Assembly (NCBI GenBank): GCA_002292955.1
Contig: DBCH01000042.1
Span: 537-41,935, forward strand
DNA length: 41,399 bases
Direction: 5' to 3'
DNA from: Microbacteriaceae bacterium UBA963
GTDB taxonomy: Bacteria; Actinomycetota; Actinomycetes; Actinomycetales; Microbacteriaceae
Below are positions 40,690 to 41,399 of this stretch, one piece after another. The first letter of the stretch is position 1, and each line of letters begins with the position of its first letter. Made by a program: the position numbers and the translations under genes. The notes under the pieces are model-generated. The model saw only the letters and a program-made list of their open reading frames with translations, had not been told where the DNA came from and ran no database searches.

Positions 40690-41232
40690 ATGTGGGGTAA
40701 TCGGCACGAGTTTCATCCGGGTTTTTACGGCGAACGAGAGTCCGGGGTTCGAGCCGTCGTGGGTGGCATTGCCTTCGTTGCCATTGCCTGGCTGGTGGGT
40801 ATTCTCGGATCCCTCAGCACAATCGGTAACGTCACCGGATGGTATGCGCAGGCGGACAAGGCTCCGTGGACTCCGGCCAACGAAGTTTTTGGTCCTGTCT
40901 GGTTGGCTCTCTACACGATCATGGCGGTAGCCGCCTGGCTGGTCTGGCGCGAACGGGGAAGCTTCTTTCGACGGCCCGCGCTCATTCTCTATGTCACGCA
41001 ACTCGCGCTCAACGCCGTGTGGACTCCGGTTTTCTTTGGCGCCTACCCCCTCGCCGGAAGTGCCGCGCTCTGGTGGGGAGTCGTGATCATTCTGCTTCTG
41101 GATGCCGCGGTCCTGGCCACCATGTTTGCGTTTGCCCGGGTATCCCGCGCCGCGGCGTGGATGCTCGTTCCCTACTGGATCTGGGTGCTGTACGCCACCA
41201 CGCTGAACGTCTATCTCGCCGTCAACAACTAG
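40690..41232 (+). CDS. tspO: TspO/MBR family tryptophan-rich sensory protein
   Basis: 180 aa with 5 TM helices. WYAQADKAPWTPANEVFGPVWLALYTIMAVAAWLVW and the Trp-rich C-terminus WMLVPYWIWVLYATTLN are characteristic. Confidence 0.85.
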   Translation: MWGNRHEFHPGFYGERESGVRAVVGGIAFVAIAWLVGILGSLSTIGNVTGWYAQADKAPWTPANEVFGPVWLALYTIMAVAAWLVWRERGSFFRRPALILYVTQLALNAVWTPVFFGAYPLAGSAALWWGVVIILLLDAAVLATMFAFARVSRAAAWMLVPYWIWVLYATTLNVYLAVNN

Positions 41233-41304
41233 CGCACGGCTAAGCCATCAACGGGTTCCCCGTCACGCGTGCGACCCCGCGTGCCGACCCGTAACCTTGA
41301 GCGC

Positions 41305-41399
41305 ATGACGGCTCGTGTTTACTCCTGCATTTACTCATCGCCCGTCGGGCCGATTGAACTCGTCGAATCCGACGGCGCTCTGTCCCACGTTCGACTCCT
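41305..41399 (+). CDS. Probable methylated-DNA--protein-cysteine methyltransferase, N-terminal fragment (runs off the right edge)
   Basis: My own translation is MTARVYSCIYSSPVGPIELVESDGALSHVRL. The SP(V/I)GP(I/L)xL motif and length match Ogt/MGMT N-termini. TAACCT ends 7 nt upstream of the ATG. Only 31 codons are visible. Confidence 0.45.
   Translation, partial: MTARVYSCIYSSPVGPIELVESDGALSHVRL

Overview
This is a high-G+C actinobacterial chromosomal segment (G+C and taxon not computed; the gene order looks Micrococcales-like). It is almost fully coding, and I could support about 36 CDS. I found no tRNA, rRNA, CRISPR array, transposase or integrase.

Most of the window is conserved housekeeping, largely on the minus strand:
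- a cell-envelope glycosyltransferase / CDP-alcohol transferase trio, then HtrA;
- ribF, two small membrane proteins and truB;
- a HhH-FeS DNA glycosylase;
- rbfA, infB, a ylxR-like gene and nusA, with rimP missing from its usual place;
- proS and an MFS transporter;
- ispG, an M50 site-2 protease, a hypothetical gene and dxr;
- gabT and ald;
- at the right end, a class-III aminotransferase, TspO and the start of an Ogt-like gene.

The standout is a 15.8-kb block of nine genes on one strand (23207..39046, minus strand), packed tightly enough to be an operon. In transcription order it encodes:
1. an FHA protein;
2. a PP2C phosphatase;
3. a sensor-less Ser/Thr kinase;
4. an 1868-aa membrane-anchored protein with about 11 Ig/cadherin-like repeats and 3-4 FN3 domains;
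5. a MoxR AAA+ ATPase;
6. a DUF58 protein;
7. a TgpA-like polytopic transglutaminase-fold protein whose catalytic Cys and His are both replaced;
8. a zinc-ribbon-FHA protein;
9. a two-P-loop FtsK/SpoIIIE (EssC/EccC-like) membrane ATPase.

No WXG100, EccB/D/E or mycosin genes are present, so this is not a canonical type VII system. I read it as a candidate threonine-phosphorylation-gated envelope or surface-assembly machine. To my knowledge it has no characterised function, and I cannot verify novelty without database searches.

Smaller sequence-level observations:
- a Shine-Dalgarno-occluding hairpin at infB;
- recurrent leaderless-type promoter geometry;
- perfect in-frame tandem duplications in both FHA genes;
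- serial 4-nt start/stop overlaps;
- two convergent CTAG stop-codon overlaps.
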